Virus record (IMG/VR): IMGVR_UViG_3300009151_000035
Location: 64,001-128,000 of that record
DNA from: a virus
DNA length: 64,000 nucleotides
Strand: one strand, 5' to 3'
The translations under genes and the position numbers were made by a program. Of the stretch, positions 38,618-47,833 are shown in pieces (within the stretch, counting starts at the first letter, position 1; the number at the start of each line of letters is the position of its first letter). The notes under the pieces were generated by a model. That model was not told the DNA's origin. It ran no database searches and saw only the letters and a list, made by a program, of their open reading frames with translations.

Positions 38618-40984
38618 ATGGCTATAGAAAACATTTCCCAAGACGTTGCTGACTTGCTGGCAACCAAAGACTATGATGTCAAATACACGGACGGGCAAGG
38701 ACAGGATGCCTCACCAGAGGAATCCAAAACATTTGCGTTTGACTGGGTTGCAGGATCTGGCAAAAACTACGGCACAGTGGTAATTGTGCTGGGCGATGAC
38801 AACGACCTGCAATTGTTCTTTGGAGACAATCTGGGCAAAACCATGGAAAATCCCCAGGACAAACTGGACTGGTTTGGCTCAGAACGTGAAACAGGGTTTT
38901 TGCCCGAACTCAAGAACTTTGCTACACAGCACAGATACACATTCAGCCCCAAAGACATCAATCAACTCAAGCATACCATGCAAGGTATGGCTGCCATCAA
39001 AGAAGGTTTATTTGAAGGCTACTATGGCACACGCCGAATCAGCTACGTGGGCCAGCAAACAGAAGCCAGACTGGTGATCAAACACAATCGCATGATCGGC
39101 GAAGATGACAAACGCTATCGTTATGTGGAAAGTTTGTTTATTGAAACTGTGGATGGAGAACGATTCAAACTGCCATTTGTGAAACTGTCAGGTGGCAGAG
39201 CCATGTTAGAACATGTGAAGCAAGGCGGTAGACCATACGACATTCGTGGACAGCACATCAATGAGATTGTGAGTGAAATGGCTGTGTTAAGCAGATTTAA
39301 CCGAGCCAGTCAGCAACGAGTGTTTGAAGGCATCACACAAGAACTGGTAGAAACAGTTCATCACTACTATTCGGAACTGCGTGAAAGTTTACAACACATG
39401 GCCACAGGCCGCGGCTACAGTCAATATTTTGAATCATGGACACCAGCAGATATTGCGGATGAAACTGCCTTGGTAGAAGATCTCAAGACCATGTTTATTG
39501 AACAAACATTAGATGCCAGAATTGAGGCTGCATTGCCCACACTGGCCAAAATACAACAACGAGGAAACGCTATGAAAGAAGCACAAATTTTTGAAAACTG
39601 GGCAAATCAAATCATGGAGGGCACATGGGCCTTGCCAGATACACCAGAAGCACAAGCCAAACTAGATGAACTCATGAGCCAAGAACTCATTGTTGGTCCA
39701 GACGCTACCAATGCCAAAGAACAACTGTATGATATCTTAGGCGATGATCAATTATTTGACATTCTGTCTGACTTGGCTGAACAAGATCCTCGTGCTAACT
39801 GTTGGGATGACACAGATGTTCAAGCTAGATTGCAAGAACTTGGTATTCAAATGAACACCACACCTGACGCTGAACAACAACAGCCTGTGGCACCTCCTGC
39901 TGGCGAACCGGCACCAGGCACTGCTCCTGAACAAGGTATGGCGGAAGGCAGTTCAGAAAACAAATATTCTAACTTATCTAACCGCGGAGTAAATCGTGGA
40001 ATAAATCGTGCCGGTGATGATTTTAACAGATTGATGGATCTTGACCAAGCAGAATCACCACATTATAAAACACAACATCAACAAGATACAAAGCAAAGAC
40101 TAAAAACTCGTCCAATGGCAGGTCCTAAAGGGCAATTACCCGAGCAAGGTATGGCAGAAGATCAGTTGGACGAACTAAGTCCCGGCACACTCAGCAACTA
40201 TGTAAATCAAGCAGTAGATGATGTGGCTGATCGCAGCCATAAAACAGGTTTCCAAAAGGGTGCAAGAGTTGCATTTAATGCAGTGGCCGGCGGACTTCCA
40301 AAATCAGGTAGATTTGAAAAAGATTCTAAGATTGACAATCGCAAAGTTGGCATCAGCCGCGCCATAGGCAGAATGGAAGAAAACACAGAACTCAACGCCA
40401 TGCTGAAATATGCTGGCATTCCGGTGAACGAAAGTCGTATCCATGAAAACTCTGAGTACACCTATGAAAAAGTTGCCAAAATTTTAGCCCGTGAAAAACC
40501 AGGCCTGTCAACAGACAGACACAGCAACGAGTTCTACAGTGCAGTGTATCATGAACTGATTGCCATTGGTATGACACCAAAAGCTGCTCGCAATTTGATC
40601 TCGTATGATAAAGACTTCATGCGTGATGTAGCAAGCACATACGATCATTATCAAACAAATCCCGGGCTGGATGAAAGCAACTCCGGCATGCTCATGCCCG
40701 AAGCAGATCCAATTGCCACAGTAGAAGCCATGCCTGACTTGAGCGCACCAGTTGTGGAAGGTTCATGCAACTCAACCATGGAGGGAGAATACTGCCCCGA
40801 ACACGGCCTGGCCGAATGTGGCATGTATGAAATGGGCACAGTAGCAGGTTCGATGGCACCAGTGATTGGTGAAGCACCACAGGATCCGATCAACTACAAT
40901 GCAGCTATCACCGGTGCCTACTACGAAAGCAAATCTGATACTGCACTATTAGCAAGAATAAAATCACTGGCTTTGCTAAAGTAA
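38618..40984 (+). CDS. Large late protein with a conserved-looking N-terminal half and a modular C-terminal half (putative internal/head protein)
   Basis: TAAATA upstream; repeated PEQGMAE linkers; LxE sites; ELNAMLKYAGI; Cys/His cluster; C-terminal LARIKSLA. Confidence 0.65.
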   Translation: MAIENISQDVADLLATKDYDVKYTDGQGQDASPEESKTFAFDWVAGSGKNYGTVVIVLGDDNDLQLFFGDNLGKTMENPQDKLDWFGSERETGFLPELKNFATQHRYTFSPKDINQLKHTMQGMAAIKEGLFEGYYGTRRISYVGQQTEARLVIKHNRMIGEDDKRYRYVESLFIETVDGERFKLPFVKLSGGRAMLEHVKQGGRPYDIRGQHINEIVSEMAVLSRFNRASQQRVFEGITQELVETVHHYYSELRESLQHMATGRGYSQYFESWTPADIADETALVEDLKTMFIEQTLDARIEAALPTLAKIQQRGNAMKEAQIFENWANQIMEGTWALPDTPEAQAKLDELMSQELIVGPDATNAKEQLYDILGDDQLFDILSDLAEQDPRANCWDDTDVQARLQELGIQMNTTPDAEQQQPVAPPAGEPAPGTAPEQGMAEGSSENKYSNLSNRGVNRGINRAGDDFNRLMDLDQAESPHYKTQHQQDTKQRLKTRPMAGPKGQLPEQGMAEDQLDELSPGTLSNYVNQAVDDVADRSHKTGFQKGARVAFNAVAGGLPKSGRFEKDSKIDNRKVGISRAIGRMEENTELNAMLKYAGIPVNESRIHENSEYTYEKVAKILAREKPGLSTDRHSNEFYSAVYHELIAIGMTPKAARNLISYDKDFMRDVASTYDHYQTNPGLDESNSGMLMPEADPIATVEAMPDLSAPVVEGSCNSTMEGEYCPEHGLAECGMYEMGTVAGSMAPVIGEAPQDPINYNAAITGAYYESKSDTALLARIKSLALLK
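39926..40160 (+). repeat. Two 22-bp direct repeats (CCYGARCAAGGTATGGCRGAAG) encoding PEQGMAE, 213 bp apart
   Basis: Copies at 39926-39947 and 40139-40160. Confidence 0.8.
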
Positions 40985-40998
40985 CACAATAGGCAATC

Positions 40999-42006
40999 AT
41001 GCATGAGGTAGCACCATTCCCAGGTGGTGATCCGTTTATTTTTTCAATGCCTCAATGGTTACCCATAGTTCAGAATCACCAATCAACTGAACTATGGGTT
41101 CCTTTTTGGTGGACTAATTCGAAAGAGATTAAAAAGTATATAAAAACTCACTTAGTCAAAAAATTAGTTTTTTATGATCTATTTCATGCTCATCCTGGAC
41201 CTGATCAATCTTGCCTTAACATAGTTCGGCATTATCAAAAACTTATACCAACGGTGTTAGTAACAGCTTGTAAAACACCCATACCTGGTATAGACAATAT
41301 TTTGCATTTTGATTTTTACTGGAATCGCACCAAATATGCATATCTTGACAAACAGTCAAGTTGGAAACAACAATCGCCAGACAACTACAATCAATGGCCT
41401 GTAGAATTAACTAGACGTCCCGGTGCCATACTTTCTTTGTATGGAACAAATAATTGGGGGCTCAAGCAACATTTATATCATCAGATTAAACACGTTTCTG
41501 GATATCACGGCGGATATGATGTTAACAATACAAGTTTGCCCAGTGAGACTGGTATTAACGATCTGACCAGGTTGCAGGCAACACCACCGGCTAGAAAATA
41601 TTTTGACAATACATACATATCAGCACAAGTTGAGTCATTATGCAAAGGGCCCACTATATTGTATTCAGAGAAAACATATGATCATTTGATACAGGGAAGA
41701 TTTGTAATGAATTTTGGCCCAAGACATTTTTATCGTACTCTTGTGAATGATGGATGGAAACTACCAGTTGGTATAGATTATGAGTGGGATGATATAGAAG
41801 ATCATCATAATGATTCACATAAGATTGCCACTGAACCTAGATTTCGGGCTTACATCCGATGTCTATTAGAGTTGTCATCCAACATGGAACAACTACACGA
41901 ACTGTTTGTTACTAATCGTGATGTGTTTGCTCACAACCATGAGCAACTCTGGCAAAAGCCCTATGATATTATCAGTTTAGAACAACTTGCTCATAAATAC
42001 ACTTGA
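40999..42006 (+). CDS. Putative glycosyltransferase (GT10/GT-B-like)
   Basis: ISAQVES....YSEKTYD.L..G.F..NFG......L...GW; AT-rich insert. Confidence 0.5.
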   Translation: MHEVAPFPGGDPFIFSMPQWLPIVQNHQSTELWVPFWWTNSKEIKKYIKTHLVKKLVFYDLFHAHPGPDQSCLNIVRHYQKLIPTVLVTACKTPIPGIDNILHFDFYWNRTKYAYLDKQSSWKQQSPDNYNQWPVELTRRPGAILSLYGTNNWGLKQHLYHQIKHVSGYHGGYDVNNTSLPSETGINDLTRLQATPPARKYFDNTYISAQVESLCKGPTILYSEKTYDHLIQGRFVMNFGPRHFYRTLVNDGWKLPVGIDYEWDDIEDHHNDSHKIATEPRFRAYIRCLLELSSNMEQLHELFVTNRDVFAHNHEQLWQKPYDIISLEQLAHKYT

Positions 42007-42031
42007 CACCAAGGCAAATAGCGCATATACT
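42003..42031 (+). promoter_or_regulatory. Sigma70-like promoter TTGACA-17-TATACT for the gp32 operon (late-type TAAATA also at 41994)
   Basis: Consensus hexamers with a 17-bp spacer. Confidence 0.8.
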
Positions 42032-42128
42032 ACATGGTGTATGCGCTTTATTGTTTGTGCGTCACAGGCAACAAAGATCTAATTTTAGATAGGCAACACA
42101 TAGGCAACTTTTTTAGGAGAAACAAACT

Positions 42129-43124
42129 ATGGCATCTTTAGCAGAAATCCGAGCAAGACTACAGGCAGCTGAAAACAAAGGCAACTCAAACCAAGGTGGA
42201 GGCGATCGAGCAATTTATCCACACTGGAATATGGAAGAAGGTCAATCGGCCACACTACGCTTCTTACCTGACGGTAACACAAAAAACACATTTTTCTGGG
42301 TCGAACGAGCAATGATCCGACTGCCATTCAACGGCGTCAAAGGAGAAATGGAATCCAAACAAGTATTCGTACAAGTACCCTGCGTGGAAATGTGGGGAGA
42401 CGCTTGCCCGGTACTGGCAGAAGTTCGTACTTGGTTCAAGGACAAGAGCCTTGAGGACATGGGTCGCAAGTACTGGAAAAAACGTTCATATCTGTTCCAA
42501 GGTTTTGTGCGTGAGAATCCCATCTCCGAAGACAAGACTCCGGACAATCCCATCCGCAAGTTCATCATTGGACCTCAACTGTTTACCTTGATCAAGGGTG
42601 CGTTGATGGATCCTGAGCTGGAAGAATTGCCAACTGACTTGATGCGTGGCTTGGACTTCCGTATCACCAAGACCCAAAAGGGTGGCTTTGCTGACTACAA
42701 CAGTTCCAAGTGGGCTAGAAAAGAGTCAGCACTCACAGAAGCTGAACAGGCTGCAATTGAAACTCACGGCTTGTATGACTTAAGCACATTCTTGCCCAAG
42801 CGTCCTGGCGATGTTGAACTGAAGGTGATCAAAGAGATGTTTGAAGCATCAGTAGACGGACAACCATACGACACCGAGCGTTGGGGTCAATACTTTCGTC
42901 CTGCAGGCGTAGCCGCACCCGGTGGTGCTGCCAGCGATGCTGATGACACTCCGGCACCTGCTGCTAAGCCAGCACTGAAGGTGGCTGCACCAGCAGCACC
43001 TGCGGCTGAAGATTCGTTTGATGAAGAACCAGCGTCTGCTGCCGCGCCAGTCACAGCAGCCAAACCTAGTGGTAATGCCCAAGACATTTTGGCCATGATC
43101 CGCGCACGTCAAAACAAGCAGTAA
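42129..43124 (+). CDS. gp32: Single-stranded DNA-binding protein (T4 gp32-like)
   Basis: ATLRFLPDG, CVEMW..ACP, YWKKRSY, G.DFRI.K..KGG.ADY..SKW; acidic Ala/Pro-rich tail; SD AGGAG. Confidence 0.9.
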   Translation: MASLAEIRARLQAAENKGNSNQGGGDRAIYPHWNMEEGQSATLRFLPDGNTKNTFFWVERAMIRLPFNGVKGEMESKQVFVQVPCVEMWGDACPVLAEVRTWFKDKSLEDMGRKYWKKRSYLFQGFVRENPISEDKTPDNPIRKFIIGPQLFTLIKGALMDPELEELPTDLMRGLDFRITKTQKGGFADYNSSKWARKESALTEAEQAAIETHGLYDLSTFLPKRPGDVELKVIKEMFEASVDGQPYDTERWGQYFRPAGVAAPGGAASDADDTPAPAAKPALKVAAPAAPAAEDSFDEEPASAAAPVTAAKPSGNAQDILAMIRARQNKQ

Positions 43125-43750
43125 TGCTGACAGCTCTTGATCAAGAGCTGTTTCCTAAACTTTGTGAAGTGGTAGCAATGCCACTTCACAATCAGTGGAT
43201 TTATTTGATTCAAAAAAATGGAAGCAGTAGTTTGAGATTACAACAAGAACAAAACAATCTTGATGTATTTTGTAATGAACAAATTTTGTCACTTGATTTT
43301 GTAGATGTTTATATCCGAAATCCAAAAGCCAGATATGTAAGTGGAGTCAACACTTATTTGCAACATCTATTTCGAGATCATCCAGAACTTGATGTCAAAA
43401 CTGCCTTATGGTTTGCCAAACGCTACAAATTTTTAAACACACACTATCTGCCACAGTTTCACTGGGTAGCAAATCTAAGTCAGTATCTCAAACCCACAAC
43501 TAAAATACGATTTAGAGATTTAAAAGAGCTTGACAAAATAACTGATTTTCGAGACCGTGCTTTGATTGATCCACCCAGTCAAGATTTTGTAAAAAAATTA
43601 CTTGAAAATGACCCTAGTGCAGAGTTATGGTGGTATTTAGATCAAATCTTGCTTGACTTAGATGGTAAACTGTTGACCTGGCAAGAACTCATTAATCATT
43701 ACAAGAGTAATTATCCAGACATCATAGCACATGTATTGCCCAAGACTTGA
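43124..43750 (+). CDS. Sulfotransferase (Sulfotransfer_2-like)
   Basis: IQKNGSSSL (5'-PSB), IRNPKARYVSG (3'-PB), HYLPQ. Confidence 0.7.
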   Translation: MLTALDQELFPKLCEVVAMPLHNQWIYLIQKNGSSSLRLQQEQNNLDVFCNEQILSLDFVDVYIRNPKARYVSGVNTYLQHLFRDHPELDVKTALWFAKRYKFLNTHYLPQFHWVANLSQYLKPTTKIRFRDLKELDKITDFRDRALIDPPSQDFVKKLLENDPSAELWWYLDQILLDLDGKLLTWQELINHYKSNYPDIIAHVLPKT

Positions 43751-44615
43751 TCATTTTGTTAGATTCAATCCCAATGGTACCGTAAGCCGTTGCGGTCACA
43801 TGGTCAACCCACCGCAGTTTGAAAATCTTGAACAATTAGAATTGAGCAAATGGTTGAGCGACATTAAGGTTAAATTTCAAACAGATATTTGGCCAACTGA
43901 ATGTAGTCGTTGTAGTCAAATTGAACAGCAAGGTAATGACAGTATAAGAACATACGCAATAAAATTAGATCAACAAGAAACACAAGTTGATTATTTACAA
44001 GTAGGTGGAGTATTAGACAATGTATGTAATGCAGCTTGCCAGACTTGTAATCCAAACTGTAGCACTAGAATTGGCAGTTTAATTGGGAAAACTTTTCCTA
44101 TTGTAAACAACAGTGATCAGTTTAAAAATCTTCCACAACAGCGCATTAGACATTTGGATATTAACGGGGGAGAACCCAGTTATAGCAAAAACTACAAAAC
44201 ACTATTGGCCAATTTGCCACCTAACCTTAAAACGTTACGTCTTAATACCAATTGCAATGTGGTGTTGTATGAATTGGTGGACATTGCACAGTCTGGTGTG
44301 AACGTTACTGTTACTGTAAGTTGCGATGGCATTGGTCCAATACACGAGTTCATGCGATGGCCGATCAAGTGGGACACTTTTTATAAAAACTTAATGGTAT
44401 ATAAAACCATGCCAGTAACATTAAATTTGTGGACCACAGTTAGCTGTTTGAATGTCGAGGATTTGCCTAACATACAGGCATTTGCTCAAGAACTTGACAT
44501 TGATCATTCTTATGCATATCTTGAAGAGCCTGCGATTTTAAGTATAAACAATAAAGATCAACAATCAATAGATGCATACATACAAAAACAAAAAGACCTA
44601 AGGGGGATCAAGTGA
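43731..44615 (+). CDS. Radical SAM enzyme with N-terminal twitch-like domain
   Basis: YCPR...VSRC...CSRC, then CNAACQTC and NGGEPS. Confidence 0.85.
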   Translation: MYCPRLDHFVRFNPNGTVSRCGHMVNPPQFENLEQLELSKWLSDIKVKFQTDIWPTECSRCSQIEQQGNDSIRTYAIKLDQQETQVDYLQVGGVLDNVCNAACQTCNPNCSTRIGSLIGKTFPIVNNSDQFKNLPQQRIRHLDINGGEPSYSKNYKTLLANLPPNLKTLRLNTNCNVVLYELVDIAQSGVNVTVTVSCDGIGPIHEFMRWPIKWDTFYKNLMVYKTMPVTLNLWTTVSCLNVEDLPNIQAFAQELDIDHSYAYLEEPAILSINNKDQQSIDAYIQKQKDLRGIK

Positions 44616-45085
44616 AATACTATACTGTGGTGGAATGCGATCACACTCAAGTTATTGCTGACAAAATTTATAATTTTTTAAAAACTCAGACTGAGTTGTT
44701 GCAAGTAATAAATTTTGGATGGAATTTTATTGATCATATTGCAGTTCTTGAGCAGGTGCCAGAATTGTTTGAATTTTTTAAAAACAAAAAACTAGTACCA
44801 AGAAATGCCGCAGTTACCATAATTGAAACTAACAAACATTTGCCCCGGCATATCGATCAGCTGCCAGTTGTGGCAAAAATGAACTTTCCTGTAATTAATA
44901 CCCAAGGGTGGGCCAATCGTTGGTATGTTGATAACAAGTTAGTTGCAGAACTACAAGATATGCCAACACCAATAGTGTTCAATTCACAGATTGAACACAG
45001 CGTAGAAAGAACAACAGCAATCAAGATTCCTAGAATTGTTGCTAGTTTTACATTTTATAACGAACCACTGCACTTACTACAATGA
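44612..45085 (+). CDS. 2OG-Fe(II) oxygenase-like (DSBH) protein
   Basis: RHID (HxD), MNFPV, IEHSV, PRIVAS. Confidence 0.6.
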   Translation: MKYYTVVECDHTQVIADKIYNFLKTQTELLQVINFGWNFIDHIAVLEQVPELFEFFKNKKLVPRNAAVTIIETNKHLPRHIDQLPVVAKMNFPVINTQGWANRWYVDNKLVAELQDMPTPIVFNSQIEHSVERTTAIKIPRIVASFTFYNEPLHLLQ

Positions 45086-45627
45086 AAATAGCAATAACTG
45101 GTCATACTGCGGGAATTGGATTGGCCCTCAGTAAACAATTAGTTGAGCAGGGGCATGAAATTATTGGCCTAAGCAAAAGGCATGGAGATAACATACGCAA
45201 TATACCTAAAATATGTGATCAAGTTGAACCTTGTGATGTATTTGTAAACAATGCTCAAGCTGGTTTTGCACAAACAGAATTGTTGTTTGAAATGAGCAAG
45301 CGATGGAAACATTTACGCAAACACATTGTGGTGATCAGCACTATAATGACTCAAGATCCAATAAGCATGTTACCGGGTATTGAGATGATTGAATATCGAG
45401 CACAAAAAGTCACACTAGAACATGCAGTGCAACAATTGAGACATGCCAGACTTGGCATAAAATATACGATTGTTAGACCAGGAAATATTGCTACCAGTGC
45501 AGATAAAACTGTGCCGCCGGCTGCTGATGTAGACAACTGGGCTAGAGTGCTAATAAATATTTTGGATATGGCACAAGCCAACAGCTTGGTTGTTGCTGAT
45601 ATTTCGTTAGGCCCGGTGTTCCAATGA
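45082..45627 (+). CDS. Short-chain dehydrogenase/reductase
   Basis: ITGHTAGIG, FVNNA, YRAQK (YxxxK), VRPG. Confidence 0.85.
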   Translation: MKIAITGHTAGIGLALSKQLVEQGHEIIGLSKRHGDNIRNIPKICDQVEPCDVFVNNAQAGFAQTELLFEMSKRWKHLRKHIVVISTIMTQDPISMLPGIEMIEYRAQKVTLEHAVQQLRHARLGIKYTIVRPGNIATSADKTVPPAADVDNWARVLINILDMAQANSLVVADISLGPVFQ

Positions 45628-46766
45628 CTCCAAAAGAGATGTTAACCAACTCATATTTTTGTCCCATGCCATGGTCTGGAATGATGTATAACTTCGATGG
45701 CGAAGTGAAAAACTGTATTCGTAGTGCCGGTAAACTTGGTAATATCAAGGAACAACCTATACAGCAGATTTTGATTGATAACAACCGACCCAGGCAAGAT
45801 CATATTGTAAACCAACAACCAGTGGCCACTTGCCATACTTGTTATGACCTTGAAGGTAGCAATACAGGTTTAAATATCATTAGCGATCGTGTGTTCTACA
45901 TAAAAGAACTCAAGCACACTCCTACTTCTTTATATACTCCTGGAAATTTCGACCTTCAAGCCATTGACGTAAGATGGACCAATCTTTGTAATTTTGCATG
46001 CGTCTACTGCGGCCCCATGTTCAGTAGCAAATGGGCCAGTGAGTTAAAAGTTGTTCAACATAGCCCTACTACAGATCAGATTGATCAGTTCAAACAATAT
46101 GTGTTTGAACATGCTGCGCAACTCAAACATGTATATCTAGCCGGTGGTGAACCACTGCTGATGAAAGAGAATTTAGAACTATTAGTGTTGTTAAAAAAAG
46201 TCAATCCAGATGTAAACCTGCGCATCAATACCAATCTTAGCAAAGTAGATACTCAGGTGTTTGATTTGGTATGCGGATTTAAAAACGTTCATTGGACGGT
46301 GAGTGTTGAAACTGTAGAACAAGAATTTGAATACATCAGATATGGCAGCAGTTGGATAGACTTCCAAGAAAATCTTAAAACAATCAAAAATTTGAATCAT
46401 AAGATATCTTTTAACATGTTGCATTTTTTGCTAAATTATCAAAGCATATTTGGTTGTGTAGATCATTTGAAATCTTTGGGATTCCACAACAACAGTTTCA
46501 TAATCGGAGCTTTACTTGACCCACTATACCTAAATGTTAGACATTTGCCAGATCATGTGTTACACTCACTGAAATACACGCTGCAAGAAAAAATTAATCA
46601 ACAACCAAAGTATCTCTTAGAACAAAGCTATCGAAATATGTTGAGCTATTTGAATCAACCATTTGAAAAAAATCTAGCAGGAGCAATAGAAAAATTGCAG
46701 ACGCTGGATCAAAGAAGAGGATTAGATAGTAAAACAATTTTTCAAAATTTATACAACTTAATTTAA
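45624..46766 (+). CDS. Radical SAM enzyme with N-terminal twitch/SPASM-like domain
   Basis: FCPMPW...VKNC...CHTC, then CNFACVYC and AGGEPLL. Confidence 0.9.
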   Translation: MTPKEMLTNSYFCPMPWSGMMYNFDGEVKNCIRSAGKLGNIKEQPIQQILIDNNRPRQDHIVNQQPVATCHTCYDLEGSNTGLNIISDRVFYIKELKHTPTSLYTPGNFDLQAIDVRWTNLCNFACVYCGPMFSSKWASELKVVQHSPTTDQIDQFKQYVFEHAAQLKHVYLAGGEPLLMKENLELLVLLKKVNPDVNLRINTNLSKVDTQVFDLVCGFKNVHWTVSVETVEQEFEYIRYGSSWIDFQENLKTIKNLNHKISFNMLHFLLNYQSIFGCVDHLKSLGFHNNSFIIGALLDPLYLNVRHLPDHVLHSLKYTLQEKINQQPKYLLEQSYRNMLSYLNQPFEKNLAGAIEKLQTLDQRRGLDSKTIFQNLYNLI

Positions 46767-46780
46767 AAAGGAAATAACCC

Positions 46781-47833
46781 ATGGGCAAACCATTTGATGT
46801 AAGCAAGTTCCGCAAGGAAATCACCAAAAGCATTGACGGACTTTCAATCGGCTTTAATGATCCAACAGACTGGATCTCCACAGGCAACTATGCCCTGAAC
46901 TACTTGATCTCAGGCGACTTCAATCGTGGCATTCCACTGGGCAAAGTCACTGTATTTGCCGGAGATTCAGGTGCGGGTAAAAGTTATATCTGCTCAGGTA
47001 ATATTGTGAAGAACGCACAAGAGCAAGGTATCTTTGTGGTGCTGATTGACAGTGAAAACGCACTGGACGAAGACTGGCTCAAGGCACTTGGTGTGGATAC
47101 AAGTGACAGCAAATTGCTAAAATTGAGCATGGCCATGATTGATGATGTGGCAAAGACTATCTCCACATTCATGAGTGACTACAAGGCCTTGCCAGATGGC
47201 GAGCGTCCCAAGGTTATGTTTGTGATTGACTCGTTGGGCATGTTGCTCACCCCCACAGACGTGAACCAATTTGATGCAGGCGAAATGAAGGGTGATCTAG
47301 GCCGTAAGCCCAAAGCTCTCACCGCCTTGGTGCGCAACTGTGTGAATATGTTTGGTTCATACAATGTGGGTTTGGTTTGTACCAACCACACATACGCAAG
47401 CCAGGATATGTTTGACCCAGATGATAAGATCTCAGGCGGTCAAGGTTTCATTTACGCCAGCTCAATTGTTGTGGCTATGAAGAAGATGAAGCTGAAAGAG
47501 GACGAGGACGGCAACAAGATCACTGACGTGATGGGCATACGTGCTGGTTGCAAGGTCATGAAAACACGCTATGCCAAACCGTTTGAAGGTGTGCAAGTAA
47601 AGATCCCCTACACAACAGGCATGAGTCCGTACTCGGGACTTACTGACTTGATTGAGAAAAAAGGCCTGCTCAAGAAAGAAGGCAACAGCTTGGTATTCAC
47701 CACAACCGAAGGCGAAATTATCAAGAAGTTCCGCAAAGGATGGGAACGTAACGATGACAACTGCCTTGATACCGTAATGAAAGATTTTGCAAATATCAAG
47801 GAAGAAACAGTGTCAGACGCTGTTGAAGAATAA
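46781..47833 (+). CDS. uvsX: RecA-like recombinase UvsX
   Basis: STGNYALNYLISG, AGDSGAGKS, IDSENALD, VIDSLG, TNHTY, GG.G..YASS. Confidence 0.95.
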   Translation: MGKPFDVSKFRKEITKSIDGLSIGFNDPTDWISTGNYALNYLISGDFNRGIPLGKVTVFAGDSGAGKSYICSGNIVKNAQEQGIFVVLIDSENALDEDWLKALGVDTSDSKLLKLSMAMIDDVAKTISTFMSDYKALPDGERPKVMFVIDSLGMLLTPTDVNQFDAGEMKGDLGRKPKALTALVRNCVNMFGSYNVGLVCTNHTYASQDMFDPDDKISGGQGFIYASSIVVAMKKMKLKEDEDGNKITDVMGIRAGCKVMKTRYAKPFEGVQVKIPYTTGMSPYSGLTDLIEKKGLLKKEGNSLVFTTTEGEIIKKFRKGWERNDDNCLDTVMKDFANIKEETVSDAVEE

